Positions 38,901-48,407 are shown, numbered from the stretch's first letter. The stretch is DNA of 64,000 nucleotides from Oceanispirochaeta sp. (GCA_963663385.2 CAXXXD010000003.1:288001-352000); one strand, 5' to 3'. Notes: a model not told the origin generated them from the sequence alone. Translations and numbers: made by a program.

Positions 38901-39333
38901 GGTTGCTGTCCAGGATAATATCGTAGGCGGCTTTGAAGTTGCCCACAGCTACCTGTTTCAGGTACCCCTGAATATCCACACCGGCAGGGCAGGTTCTGTG
39001 GCAGGGGGCGGTGCAGTCCGCCTGATGGTCCTCCAGAAGTTCCTTGAGGCGGTACTTTCTGAAGTTTTCCAGATTTTCGCTTTTTGTGAATATGGTCATG
39101 CCATCGTCACAGAGGGTTATGCCGGGATGGACGAGGGAGCCGTCTCCCAGTTCGACCATACTCAGGCCGCTGTTGTCTTTCCAGTCCCGGAATTTGGGAT
39201 CGAATCCCAGAAGGGGAAGGGGAATGTCCTGATCCAGGATAACCTGGAGGATTGTCTGGTTCTGATGGATTTGGTAGTCTTTTTGGTCTACCGTAATGGA
39301 AATAGTACTGCTCCCGGTGGCGGGGGTGGACAT
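35914..39333 (-). CDS. [FeFe]-hydrogenase (group A) fused to a GltD-like FAD/NADPH oxidoreductase
   Basis: GltD part: APCHRTCPAG, CGRVCPHPCE..C, GGGPSGL, GGGNTAIDC..YRRT. Two CxxCxxCxxxC ferredoxin motifs. H-cluster motifs TSCCPGW, VPCLAKKKE, EIMACPGGCISGAG. Confidence 0.93.
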   Translation of the reverse strand: MSTPATGSSTISITVDQKDYQIHQNQTILQVILDQDIPLPLLGFDPKFRDWKDNSGLSMVELGDGSLVHPGITLCDDGMTIFTKSENLENFRKYRLKELLEDHQADCTAPCHRTCPAGVDIQGYLKQVAVGNFKAAYDIILDSNPLPAICGRVCPHPCEAACRRNLVDTPVAINPVKRFVADLVEQEQPVFPEVEKTGKRLAIVGGGPSGLSAAYYSALKGHNVTLFERQEKAGGMMRYGIPSYRLPEDVMDREIARIEKAGVTIVTGKALGQHLRLEDLQKDFDAVYMAVGSWEPSSMRVDGEKVAGVRPGIHYLELVTRGREKRNEGHVAVVGGGNTAIDCARTALRNGASRVTLVYRRTREQMPAEPYEVEEALEEGIQMLFLSAPNRIVLNETNDIAGLGIQRMELGEPDKSGRRRPVPVEGSESVLACDMIISAVGQKTNTDYLWDDLPVKLNKWGDIDVNPKTMETSARGIFSGGDCTTGPATVIQAINAGKMAADSMDHFLTHGYAQLPGKEYTCYMESFEDLPKYEFADKPEIPRVKLSHAEMKARKETFDEVEYTIAAEQAMEESKRCLSCGCSQEKHCSLRAAATEYGIEYRKVNKVANYLPIEKDHPFIRRNHNKCIGCGACVNACSNVMGVDVLAMTSLDGNFKVTTKTGRPLTETNCIACGHCVNVCPCGALDFVRATDRVFSSINCGEDCRTVGFIAPAVRALVAERYGLTSAETSGFIAGLLKKIGFDYVYDFAFAADLTIVEETTEFLERLGKGTPLPHLTSCCPGWVNFVEKSYPEVIPHLSSCKSPQQMMGAVVKRYLPEFYRDIDREKLHVVSIVPCLAKKKEADRPEMYTGGLQDVDSVLTSIELFEMADCLRITKDQVKPSEFDNPFRQSTGAGIIFGVSGGVSEAALRMAASKLDPAYKYKPLEYTEAHGMEGVKISQARLGDATVRIGIISGISNAVPIVERIKNGEDTGLDMIEIMACPGGCISGAGTPSVRTKDDWAKRSTFLHEQDTDAQIRQSQDNPDVQGLYRRLLGEIRSKTAKELLHTTYNNMRKVAEPTTLKTGGKKHIHVCLCEECVRKGASEAIGQIAAAITEGNLDDRFRLIPGPQAGHSVTDEAFIAFEERKISLEEMLKVLKG

Positions 39334-39586
39334 GAGAAGCTCCTTTAAATATAAATTCCTCTATTGATATGATCGTAAGAGATCATATATGAATTATATT
39401 GTAATGAAGTTCAGTTGTCTATGCTATATTGATGAATTAAAATGATCGAAAAAATATAAAATAAGAGCCTTTGTTTTTTTCAGTTTTTCCGGCTGGTTCA
39501 CCCAAAAAGCTGAAATCAGGATTAGTGCAGGTTGCCGGGGGAGGTAGTATTCAAATCGGCGGAAAGATCTGCCAGCTTTTTCTGTA

Positions 39587-39790
39587 TTAGATTCTACAGG
39601 CTGCTTTTGCCAATATTTTATGAGTTTCGGAGGAATCTTTCCCATGAAGATTCCCTATCAGTTTTTCTGATGTTTTGGAATCAATCATTTTGACAAGTTT
39701 TCGATCTTTATAAACCAGCATTCGTTTATCTTTCATGATCCTGTAGCTGTAAAGATCTTTTCTGTTTTCTTTATCTGCGCAGATGTTCAT
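39587..39790 (-). CDS. Small hypothetical protein, possibly C-terminally truncated
   Basis: 67 aa with an AAGGA RBS. YSYRIMKDKR...ILAKA resembles a small conserved hypothetical family from memory; not verified. Confidence 0.5.
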   Translation of the reverse strand: MNICADKENRKDLYSYRIMKDKRMLVYKDRKLVKMIDSKTSEKLIGNLHGKDSSETHKILAKAACRI

Positions 39791-39909
39791 TTGTGAAGTC
39801 CTTTTGTAGAAAGGGAATAATTAATAAGCTGTGATTGTTTTAATATATACCAATGTTACCTTTAAATCCAGTTTCAATCAGTTCTTTTCTCAAGTTTAGC
39901 AAATTCGAG

Positions 39910-40590
39910 CTAATATCCGGGCTGGCCTATATGCAGAATGGTAATACCCTCTCCTATAATTCTTTCCTCTTTCCTGCCGGCAAAGAGTTTTTCAATATTC
40001 TGCTGTGATGAGGCATGAGGGCAGATTCCCAGCAGTGTTTCCCGATCGGCAAAAAAGCGAAAGGGATACTCAAGCCTTTCCCAAATGTTGTGAGGATAAT
40101 AAAAACTCATAAGTTCCGGCGGGTAAGGATCCGATTTGGTCAGGTTATCCATGAGAAGTTTATTTTCAATAAGTATCAACCAGCCGTTATCTTTTAGAAT
40201 CCGTCTGAACTCTCTGATAGCGGCATGTTCTTCACAGTCACTGATGCCGCTTCCGCAGGTGATCACGTCAACGGACTGTCTGCCGATCATTGTACAATTA
40301 GCTGTTCCGTTAATCTCTATGAAGTTCTTGTTTTTCCAGAACCTCTCGGCTGCTTCCTGTCTTTTTTCCCTGTCTGGTTCAATACAGTAGACAGTATTGG
40401 CCAGTTTCATAAAATGACGGGCAAGATTTCCCGTTCCGGAATTGATGTCTGCCAGAATCATTCCTTTGTTAAGACCAGTCCTTTTATGAATGTACTCAAT
40501 AGCATCCCTGGAATAGTCCCATTCAAGTATAACTTCCTCAGTAACCTGGCATTCTTCAAGAGTCAGATTGGTGTTCTCATGGATTAACAT
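39910..40590 (-). CDS. Class I SAM-dependent methyltransferase-like protein (divergent motif I)
   Basis: ILADINSGTG, VYCIEPD, GTA..T, SVDVIT, EFRRILK.NG. Confidence 0.75.
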   Translation of the reverse strand: MLIHENTNLTLEECQVTEEVILEWDYSRDAIEYIHKRTGLNKGMILADINSGTGNLARHFMKLANTVYCIEPDREKRQEAAERFWKNKNFIEINGTANCTMIGRQSVDVITCGSGISDCEEHAAIREFRRILKDNGWLILIENKLLMDNLTKSDPYPPELMSFYYPHNIWERLEYPFRFFADRETLLGICPHASSQQNIEKLFAGRKEERIIGEGITILHIGQPGY

Positions 40591-40637
40591 ACATTCAGTA
40601 TACCATGAGTTTTTTAATATAAGTAAAGGAAATGGTT

Positions 40638-41960
40638 TTAAAAAAAAGTTATATCTTCCAGAATCCCGGCCAGCTCTTTATTATTTTCCAGACAGGATAG
40701 CAGTTTGTCCGCTACTTTTCCCCGGGCCTGCTCAACCGTGAGTCCTCCGGATTTTTCCTCAGTACTCTGCCAGAGTACAGCTTCGCCCTCTTTCGAGATC
40801 TGAGCAATAAAGCATCTCCCGTAGGCAATAATGATGCCATAATCATTTTCCGGCGCTTCATGATAGGAAAAAGACAACTTGATCCGTTTGTCGGATGCAC
40901 CGTTTGTAAGCGAAAAAGGAGTCTGTCTGTTCAGGAGTTCCAGGGTTCTGTCGTAAAGGGCTTTATCGGTCCCTTCATTTTCCAGTACCAGCTGTACAAG
41001 GAGGGGATTAATCAGTACGGATGAAGAGACCCGAGGCAGGGCATAATCCAGTTGGGCTTTAAGAGCAGGATTTTCGAAGGGTGATGCCAGTACCAGGCTG
41101 TAGTTGACTTCCCCCGGTTCTTCACCAACCCTGTAAAGCCATTCGAAGCTTCCGTCGGGATTGGTGGGGATCTGTCCCAGAAGGTGGTTTTCGTCTTTGC
41201 TCAGGTTCAGAATCAGAGATCCCGCATTCCTGCCTTCTGCACTTTCAATCTCACCTTTAAAGGTGACCGACTGCATCTGTGTCATTTCAGAAGGAAAAGG
41301 AACTACGGGAATATTCAGTCCGTTAATAAGGTTTTCCGCGCGTATCAGCAGGAGCGTATCAATAGAACCTTTCTGTCCGAACAGTTCTATTTTTACCTTG
41401 CGGCCCGTGTAGTTATTCTTATAATCCGTATAGGCCCTGTCAATGGTTTTCAATTCGCTTAATGTATCACGGAAGATATCCGAAAACATTTCTTCTATTC
41501 TCTGGATCATATCCTGAGCCCTTTTTTCCTGTATGGATTCCCACTCCATCTTATTCAGCCTCAGATAATACCAGTAGCCGTCTTCTTCGGAGTACCAGGT
41601 TCCCATCGTTTCCAGGGCTTCCAGATCCTGTTCAACATTCTGTTTGATATTCTGTTCAATCAGATGGGATTCACCTTCTTCGGAACTGTCCGTAACATTA
41701 ATATCCAGGCTGCTTTCGACAGAGGCATAAATTTCGGAGGATATCTGAGCCAGAGCCCTGGCCCTGGCGAGTTCCTTGTCTTCCGCCTGATTACCCGTGT
41801 TGGATCCTCCGATCCCGATATAGTAGAGGGAACCCGACGGCTGACTTGTAATCCAGGCAGGCTTTTCAGCCTTTTCAGAACCCGGTGATCCTCCGGAAGC
41901 ACAGGATAATATTATCCCGGATAAAAGAATTGCAATACAAAATCCATAGACATTCTTCAT
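40638..41960 (-). CDS. LPP20-family lipoprotein
   Basis: Lipobox ILSC, KPAWI...YYIGIG, A.ARALAQIS.EI...V.S. Confidence 0.8.
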   Translation of the reverse strand: MKNVYGFCIAILLSGIILSCASGGSPGSEKAEKPAWITSQPSGSLYYIGIGGSNTGNQAEDKELARARALAQISSEIYASVESSLDINVTDSSEEGESHLIEQNIKQNVEQDLEALETMGTWYSEEDGYWYYLRLNKMEWESIQEKRAQDMIQRIEEMFSDIFRDTLSELKTIDRAYTDYKNNYTGRKVKIELFGQKGSIDTLLLIRAENLINGLNIPVVPFPSEMTQMQSVTFKGEIESAEGRNAGSLILNLSKDENHLLGQIPTNPDGSFEWLYRVGEEPGEVNYSLVLASPFENPALKAQLDYALPRVSSSVLINPLLVQLVLENEGTDKALYDRTLELLNRQTPFSLTNGASDKRIKLSFSYHEAPENDYGIIIAYGRCFIAQISKEGEAVLWQSTEEKSGGLTVEQARGKVADKLLSCLENNKELAGILEDITFF

Positions 41961-42205
41961 AATTTTTTCTGTGCTCCCTTTTCGGTCATTTCCTATGTAT
42001 CCCGACAGGATAAACAGTGCTATATTTAATATATGATAAACAGTTCAATTTTATTATAACAAGAAGAGATTGTTCCTGCAATTGAAATAAACAGGGGCGA
42101 TTGGTTTAAAAAAGTGAATATCGGTTTGAATTGTTGGGCAGGTGAATGTAAAATTTAAGCTGACTGGTAATAGCTTGTTATTATCATGACAATCGGAGGA
42201 CTCAT

Positions 42206-43426
42206 ATGTTGAAAAGAATACTGCTGCCTTTATTATTTATATTCATTTCCATCTCTCTGGCAGCTCAGCCCAAAATCGCTGTATTGGATGCCACTACCGG
42301 TCAGGGCGTTTCTCCCAATGCCAGTGCGATAGTAGCGGATACCATTAACGAGCAGTTTGTAAAAGCTCCCCAGTTTACAGCTATTGATCGTGCCTATATA
42401 TCCAAAATTCAGGAAGAGAAAAAATTCCAGCTTTCGGGTGATGTTAACGAAGCGGACATAAAGGAAATCGGTAGCACTTTCGGAGCGGACTATCTCTGCG
42501 TCGCCAATGTCAGTCTCCTGGGATCTACCTATACCGTTTCGGCCAGGCTTATAGAAGTCAGCACCGCCGAAGTCACTTCCCAGGAATCCCACTATGCCAA
42601 AGGGGAGATCGACATACTCTTTGAAATAGCCCAGATTGTCGGAGCTAAACTGGTAGGGGCAGATATTTCTGCATTTATCCATAGCGAGCCTGTTGCGGAA
42701 CCGGAGCCTGAGCCTGAACCTGCAGTAGAACCTGAGCCTGAAACCCGGGTAGAACCGGAACCCCGGTATGAACCTGTTCCGGAGCCCCGCAGGGAGAAAC
42801 CGAAGAAAGAGGTTAAAGGGCACTTCCTGGCTTCCTGGATGTTTCCCGCCTACAGCGGAGCGGAGGATTCGGTTACAGGGGGCTACTCTTTTTATACAAT
42901 GGATGAATTTCTTAATGATATTGATGATGATTATGATGCCTCCAATACTCATACCGGCATCGATGTTCATCTGCTTCAGCCGGTAGCCGGATTTGTTTAT
43001 ATGTCCGTAGGATTTACCTATACCCAGCAGGTTGTTGAATTTGATGACTCAGACGGGGATCTGTTTCAGTACGAAACTTTCTCTACCTATGAGCCGTATC
43101 TGGGACTGGGGGTTATTGTGGCCCCCACATCCTTCATGAATGTATACGGCGGTGTTCTGGGCGGTATCAATATCTTTGTCCTGGGTTCGGATTACGGGGG
43201 ATACGCCGATGGAGCTCTCTGGGAGGATGAGGGAGAAGCGGCGGTCGGCGCCACCCTGGGATTTGAGCTGGGATCAACCTTTTACTGGGGCCCCTTCGGT
43301 CTTGATATCCGCTACAAGTTTACAAGGAGCGGTAATATGACAGGAGACCTGATTTTTACCGAGGATTACGAAGATACCAGTTTCGGAACCCATGGTCTGA
43401 TGCTGGGAATCGGATTTGTGTTTTAA
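42206..43426 (+). CDS. Exported protein: CsgG/FlgO-like N-domain, Pro/Glu linker, probable beta-barrel C-domain
   Basis: Signal peptide; KIAVLD, IDRA.I.KI.EE.KFQLSG, EIG...GADY, VSARLIEV; (EP)n linker; amphipathic strands ending GIGFVF. Confidence 0.7.
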   Translation: MLKRILLPLLFIFISISLAAQPKIAVLDATTGQGVSPNASAIVADTINEQFVKAPQFTAIDRAYISKIQEEKKFQLSGDVNEADIKEIGSTFGADYLCVANVSLLGSTYTVSARLIEVSTAEVTSQESHYAKGEIDILFEIAQIVGAKLVGADISAFIHSEPVAEPEPEPEPAVEPEPETRVEPEPRYEPVPEPRREKPKKEVKGHFLASWMFPAYSGAEDSVTGGYSFYTMDEFLNDIDDDYDASNTHTGIDVHLLQPVAGFVYMSVGFTYTQQVVEFDDSDGDLFQYETFSTYEPYLGLGVIVAPTSFMNVYGGVLGGINIFVLGSDYGGYADGALWEDEGEAAVGATLGFELGSTFYWGPFGLDIRYKFTRSGNMTGDLIFTEDYEDTSFGTHGLMLGIGFVF

Positions 43427-43458
43427 CCGTTGACGTAACATATCAGGCAGTTGAAACC

Positions 43459-43497
43459 GGATTGGAGATCTTTCCGGATCGTACAATCTGTTTTTTT
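43459..43497 (+). terminator. Probable intrinsic terminator
   Basis: Imperfect hairpin GGATTG...GATC-TTTCCG-GATC...CAATCT followed by TTTTTTT. Confidence 0.55.
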
Positions 43498-43550
43498 GTC
43501 CCTCCCTGAAGATTGCAGGAGATCTGTTATCTTTAGTATAATCCCAGTAC

Positions 43551-44291
43551 ATGAAGGGGAAACAAAACATTTACTCACGGAAAAAAGAGCTTCTGGAGGG
43601 GGCTGTTAAATCCCTGCCTCTGCTGCTGGGGGCATCGCCTTTCGGATTGATCTACGGCACCCTGGCTGTTACCGGCGGGCTATCTGTTCCGGCTGCTCTG
43701 GCCATGTCCGCCTTTGTTTTTGCAGGTTCATCCCAGTTTATAGCTGTGGGACTGGTTGCCGTTAAGGCTCCCGTTCTGATCATTATCCTGACCACTTTTG
43801 TGGTTAATCTGCGGCATATGCTCTATAGTGCTGCTTTACTTCCCTTTCTGAAGGTTCTTCCTCAGCGCTGGCGGATCCCGCTGGCCTTCTGGCTAACGGA
43901 TGAAACGTTTGCTGTAACCGTGGTTCGGTACAATGAAGAAGATCACTCCTCCTATAAACATTGGTTTCAGCTCGGGTCTTCACTGGCTATGTATCTGAAC
44001 TGGCAGTTCTGGTGTGGGTTGGGACTTTTTGTCGGTGGCAGAATACAGAATGCTCAGAACTGGGGACTGGATTTTGCCATGCCCGTTACATTTATCGGTA
44101 TAACCATACCTTTTGTCAAAAACAGGTCCGCCCTGAGCTGTGTAATGATAGCCGGGGCCTCGTCTCTTATAACGGGAGGGATGCCCTATAAACTGGGACT
44201 GATTGTTTCTGCCCTGGCCGGTATCCTGACCGGATTGGCTGTGGAGTATGCAGATAAAAAACGTCAGGAAATGAAGGGAGACTTGTCATGA
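43551..44291 (+). CDS. azlC: Branched-chain amino acid exporter, large subunit
   Basis: [39 protein letters not shown]. Confidence 0.92.
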   Translation: MKGKQNIYSRKKELLEGAVKSLPLLLGASPFGLIYGTLAVTGGLSVPAALAMSAFVFAGSSQFIAVGLVAVKAPVLIIILTTFVVNLRHMLYSAALLPFLKVLPQRWRIPLAFWLTDETFAVTVVRYNEEDHSSYKHWFQLGSSLAMYLNWQFWCGLGLFVGGRIQNAQNWGLDFAMPVTFIGITIPFVKNRSALSCVMIAGASSLITGGMPYKLGLIVSALAGILTGLAVEYADKKRQEMKGDLS

Positions 44292-44617
44292 CATCCAGTG
44301 AAACTATTATGATAATTGGAATGACGGCCGTTACCTTTGGTATTCGTTATATACTGCTTGCTCTGGCCGACCGTTTTTCCCTGCCGCCCCTGATGGAACG
44401 GGCTCTGGGGTATGTCCCCCCTGCCGTATTGACGGCTATTACAGTGCCTGCGGTTCTTATGCCTCACGGGCAGATGGAACTAAGTGTCGGCAATGCTTAT
44501 CTTTTTGGTGCAATAGCTGCGGTTGCTGCGGGTTGCATCTTTAGAAAACACAGTCTGTTAGCCTCAATAGGTGGGGGATTACTTATTTTTTTTCTCTGGC
44601 GCTATGGGATTACATGA
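44288..44617 (+). CDS. azlD: Branched-chain amino acid exporter, small subunit
   Basis: [26 protein letters not shown] overlap with azlC. Confidence 0.9.
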   Translation: MTSSETIMIIGMTAVTFGIRYILLALADRFSLPPLMERALGYVPPAVLTAITVPAVLMPHGQMELSVGNAYLFGAIAAVAAGCIFRKHSLLASIGGGLLIFFLWRYGIT

Positions 44618-44734
44618 TTATAGAGATAACATTGACAACGAACCTCAAAATTATAAAGCCAAACGTGAGTCCATTCGTGGTTTTACAGGACAGACTAGGC
44701 ATAGAAAATACTTTTCAGGTTTAATCCTTGAAAC

Positions 44735-45859
44735 TCAAATATCTATAAAATCCAAATTAACTTTAGAAGAAACGACTTCACCTGAGATTGATATAATTTT
44801 CATAGAATCCGACGAAAATTGTACTTTCTCAACTTTTGTAAAATTAGAAGATATTGGTAATGCTCCTTCTATATAAGGAAAAGAGGACACAGTACTAGAA
44901 GTAAAAGACCAAACAGTCTTATAACCTTTTTCACTCATAGGATTCGAATTACGACAATCTACGACAGGAGAGGCAAATAAACTGCATGTATCTTCCAGTC
45001 CCAAAACTCTGGTTCTCCCATTCCAGGGAGTTTGATGTCTGCCTTTATCTTCCATCCATAAAAGAGATGTTCCGAATAATTTCTGGTTTTTTAATGAAAA
45101 ATATAGAAATCCTTCATCAGGATACGCTGCAATGCTCCATGCTATACCGGGTACTGGGGCACGATACCCTGCTATTATATCTACAAACCCTTCAAGCCTG
45201 GGAAAAACCAGACAATCTGAAGATTCTCCATTAATCATGGGCACTTTACTCATATCAGTAAAATATGCATTGGGTTTCAGAGAAAAATACTCACCACCTT
45301 TGTATTGAGAGACAGACTGTCCATCTGTTTTTCCTGTCTCAAAAGGACTATTTGATACATACATACGCCCGGATTCTGGCATTCTGAGGTTTGGATGATA
45401 ACCTACAGGGTAGCAGCCATCCACCCCTTTCACAGAACTTAATGTGTAAATAATATTATTCTTTATAGTAATCTTTTTGCTGACAGATCCACCTATATCT
45501 TCTGGATTAATACTTAATGTGAGAGTATCTCCTAATTCTGTAGACTCAATACCTGCCAGATCCCACCGACCGGAAGCCACGTCTCCGTGTGTATTAAAGA
45601 ACTGGTCTTTACCGTCAAACCCTCCAGCTCCAAATGGCAGGCAGAAAAAGTTCCCCCTTAGTGAGTTTAAGACGGGATCATTACTATGATCCAGGTTTTC
45701 ATTTCGCCATGGATTAATAAAGTAAGGAGCAAAACCTCCTCTCTCTTTTTGAAAAACCACTGGAGCACAATGAGCCCCCAGACGGGTAATAAATACATCT
45801 GTTGAGTTACTATTATAGCTAAAACCGTTCTCTTCTTCATTCCATGTATTTAAACTCAT
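44735..45859 (-). CDS. Hypothetical protein, possibly galactose-mutarotase/aldose-epimerase-like fold
   Basis: 374 aa, last gene of a sugar ABC operon. LRGNFFCLPFG, THG, GYHPNL, LGLED. Confidence 0.65.
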   Translation of the reverse strand: MSLNTWNEEENGFSYNSNSTDVFITRLGAHCAPVVFQKERGGFAPYFINPWRNENLDHSNDPVLNSLRGNFFCLPFGAGGFDGKDQFFNTHGDVASGRWDLAGIESTELGDTLTLSINPEDIGGSVSKKITIKNNIIYTLSSVKGVDGCYPVGYHPNLRMPESGRMYVSNSPFETGKTDGQSVSQYKGGEYFSLKPNAYFTDMSKVPMINGESSDCLVFPRLEGFVDIIAGYRAPVPGIAWSIAAYPDEGFLYFSLKNQKLFGTSLLWMEDKGRHQTPWNGRTRVLGLEDTCSLFASPVVDCRNSNPMSEKGYKTVWSFTSSTVSSFPYIEGALPISSNFTKVEKVQFSSDSMKIISISGEVVSSKVNLDFIDI

Positions 45860-45883
45860 TCTTACTCACTCCCTTTCATTTTT

Positions 45884-46852
45884 TTATTTAATAATTATAT
45901 TTTTCCCAATTCGGTCTGTATTGATAAAGACAGCGAATAAAACCAAAACACCAAATGCTATTCTTTGCCAGTAAGGATCAAGCTGAACAACATTAAATCC
46001 ACTTTGTATTGCTAATACAATCAGAACACCCGGAAATGTTTTTAATACATTTCCTTTACCACCGGTTAATGCTGTACCTCCAAGTATAACAGCAGCAATA
46101 GCCGGGAGAGTCATGGGATCTCCAATCCTTGGAAGACTACTAAACATTTTGACAGATAAAAAGAAACCACTGAATGCGCTGCAAATACCACTGATAACAA
46201 AAACTGAAATCCTCACACTATCAACTTTAATTCCTGCGACACGGGCTACACGCTGATTAGCTCCTACAGCCAGAATGGATCTTCCAGTCGCTGTCTTGAT
46301 CTGAAAAAAATAAAGAACACCGAGAATTATCAAACCAGAAATAAAAACAAGAGGAAAAGGTCCTATGGTAATGGAGTTCCAACTAAGTCTTGAAGTTAAT
46401 TCCGGAGGCATTGCTTTTGATCTTCCTGATGAAATTATAAGAGCAATACATGCCCATATGTTGGCTGTACACAACGTTATTATAAATGAAGGTATTTTGA
46501 ATTTAACAAGTAGAAAACCGTTTATAAAACCGGCTAAAAGGCCAAAAAGAAAAATAACAGGTATAATCCCATACCCAATCCCAGGCATCCATAAACCTGT
46601 CATGACACAGGCAAGAGAAGTCATACTGCCAACAGATAAGTCTATCGATCCAATCAGCAAAACAAAAGTCACTCCAAGAGCCATAAAAAGCAAAGGAGTA
46701 ATGTCAAAAAGTATATTTTTAATATTCTGAAAATTTATAAAATTTGGATTAGTTATTGTAAATAACCCTATTATTGCAATAAGCATAATAAGGCCTCCAA
46801 GATCATTGACAACCGTTCTCATATTTATTTTTTTTATTGTTATGGAATTCAT
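45884..46852 (-). CDS. Sugar ABC transporter permease (RbsC family)
   Basis: GSIDLSVGS, IPSFIITL, AVGAN..VAR.AGI, IAAVILGGT.LTGG.G. Confidence 0.9.
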   Translation of the reverse strand: MNSITIKKINMRTVVNDLGGLIMLIAIIGLFTITNPNFINFQNIKNILFDITPLLFMALGVTFVLLIGSIDLSVGSMTSLACVMTGLWMPGIGYGIIPVIFLFGLLAGFINGFLLVKFKIPSFIITLCTANIWACIALIISSGRSKAMPPELTSRLSWNSITIGPFPLVFISGLIILGVLYFFQIKTATGRSILAVGANQRVARVAGIKVDSVRISVFVISGICSAFSGFFLSVKMFSSLPRIGDPMTLPAIAAVILGGTALTGGKGNVLKTFPGVLIVLAIQSGFNVVQLDPYWQRIAFGVLVLFAVFINTDRIGKNIIIK

Positions 46853-46865
46853 ATCAAATCTCCTG

Positions 46866-48395
46866 TTACAGCATATATTTAACAATATCAACTTGAGATG
46901 GTTTATTATCAACCGAGGCATCATATTCCTTCTGGAATAAACCATCTTTCATTACAATTATTCTGCTTGATATTCCAATACTTTCATCTAATGTATCACC
47001 CAAAAGAATGACCGCTATTCCATTTGATGACAGTTCTCTTATTAAAGAATAAATATCTTCCTTGGCACCTACATCAACACCACGGGTCGGGTGATTTAGA
47101 ATCACGATATCGGCATCACTGGATACAACACGGGAAAAAACAACTTTCTGAGCATTTCCACCACTCAGCAATTCGGCGTGTTCATTAATGGACGCACACT
47201 TAATCTCTAGGTCTTGAACCCATTTCATAGCAAGTTCCCTTTGCTTTACAGAAGATATGAAGCCATTTCTCTTTACCATTTCATAGTTTGACATACAGAT
47301 ATTTTCTGTTACATCAAGAATACCGACAATACCTTCATCCCGGCGTTCTTTTGGTACTGATAAAATCCCGCATTTCAAAGCATCATGAGGTGAGGAAAAC
47401 TTTTGTAAAGACCCTTTTACATATAGCTCTCCCCGTTCAGCAATTTCGTCTCCGGACAGGACAGCACATAACCTTTCTTTCCCAGATCCTACGACCCCGC
47501 AGATACCCAGTATCTCACCTTTATGCAGGTCAAAACTCACATTCTTAAAGCTACCAAGCTGTCCCAGGTCTTTTGCAGATAGTACAATATCATCCTGAGG
47601 TTTTACTTGTTTATCAGTTTTATAATAGGTTCCGGAAGTAGCACGACCAACCATTTTATCATAAAGAATACTCTCATCTGCATCTTCCGTTTTAAAAAAT
47701 CCGGCATTTCTACCATCTTTAAAAATAAAAATACTGTCACATAATGAGAGAATCTCATCCAGCCGGTGAGAAACGAAAAGAACAGAATTCCCTTTGTCTC
47801 TGACTTTACGTAATTCTGAAAAGAGCTGTGCAATATCTCTGTCACTCAAAACTGAAGTAGGTTCATCCATAAGAACCAGAGAACTGGAACCGGAAGTGCC
47901 TCCCGTAATATCAATAACCTTGGCAATTTCAACCATCTGACGGGTCGCAAAATCAAGATCTATTATTTTTTTTTCAACTTGAATATTATTTATTCCAATG
48001 GAGCTTAATACTTTTCTGGCATCACTATTCATAGCTTTCCAGTTTATTAATCCTAATCTGGAATATCTGGCTTCTCTTCCGAGAAATATATTTTGACTGA
48101 CTGTCAGATTTTTAATGAGTGATTGTTCCTGAAAAACCATACCAACGCCCAACTTATTAGCATGAACAGTATTTGAAACACTAAAGGGTTTACCATTCAT
48201 TTCCATTGTACCGGATGTGGGCATTTCAACACCGGTAATTATTTTCTGCAGTGTTGATTTACCAGCGCCATTCTCACCTATCAAGCCAACAATTTCACCC
48301 CGGTGTATTTCCATATTTATATTCTGAAGGACTGTATTATCTCCGTATTGTTTTTCAATATCTTTTATCTTAAAAAAAACTTCGCCATCATTCAT
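46866..48395 (-). CDS. Sugar ABC transporter ATP-binding protein (RbsA family)
   Basis: GENGAGKST, MDEPT, LSGGNAQK, NHPTRGVDVG. GAGGAG RBS before ATG 48395. Confidence 0.92.
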   Translation of the reverse strand: MNDGEVFFKIKDIEKQYGDNTVLQNINMEIHRGEIVGLIGENGAGKSTLQKIITGVEMPTSGTMEMNGKPFSVSNTVHANKLGVGMVFQEQSLIKNLTVSQNIFLGREARYSRLGLINWKAMNSDARKVLSSIGINNIQVEKKIIDLDFATRQMVEIAKVIDITGGTSGSSSLVLMDEPTSVLSDRDIAQLFSELRKVRDKGNSVLFVSHRLDEILSLCDSIFIFKDGRNAGFFKTEDADESILYDKMVGRATSGTYYKTDKQVKPQDDIVLSAKDLGQLGSFKNVSFDLHKGEILGICGVVGSGKERLCAVLSGDEIAERGELYVKGSLQKFSSPHDALKCGILSVPKERRDEGIVGILDVTENICMSNYEMVKRNGFISSVKQRELAMKWVQDLEIKCASINEHAELLSGGNAQKVVFSRVVSSDADIVILNHPTRGVDVGAKEDIYSLIRELSSNGIAVILLGDTLDESIGISSRIIVMKDGLFQKEYDASVDNKPSQVDIVKYML

Positions 48396-48407
48396 AATCA
48401 CTCCTCA

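Noticed and set aside
37690..39348. 552-aa plus-strand ORF
   Set aside because: Antisense shadow of the hydrogenase gene, with no recognisable motifs.
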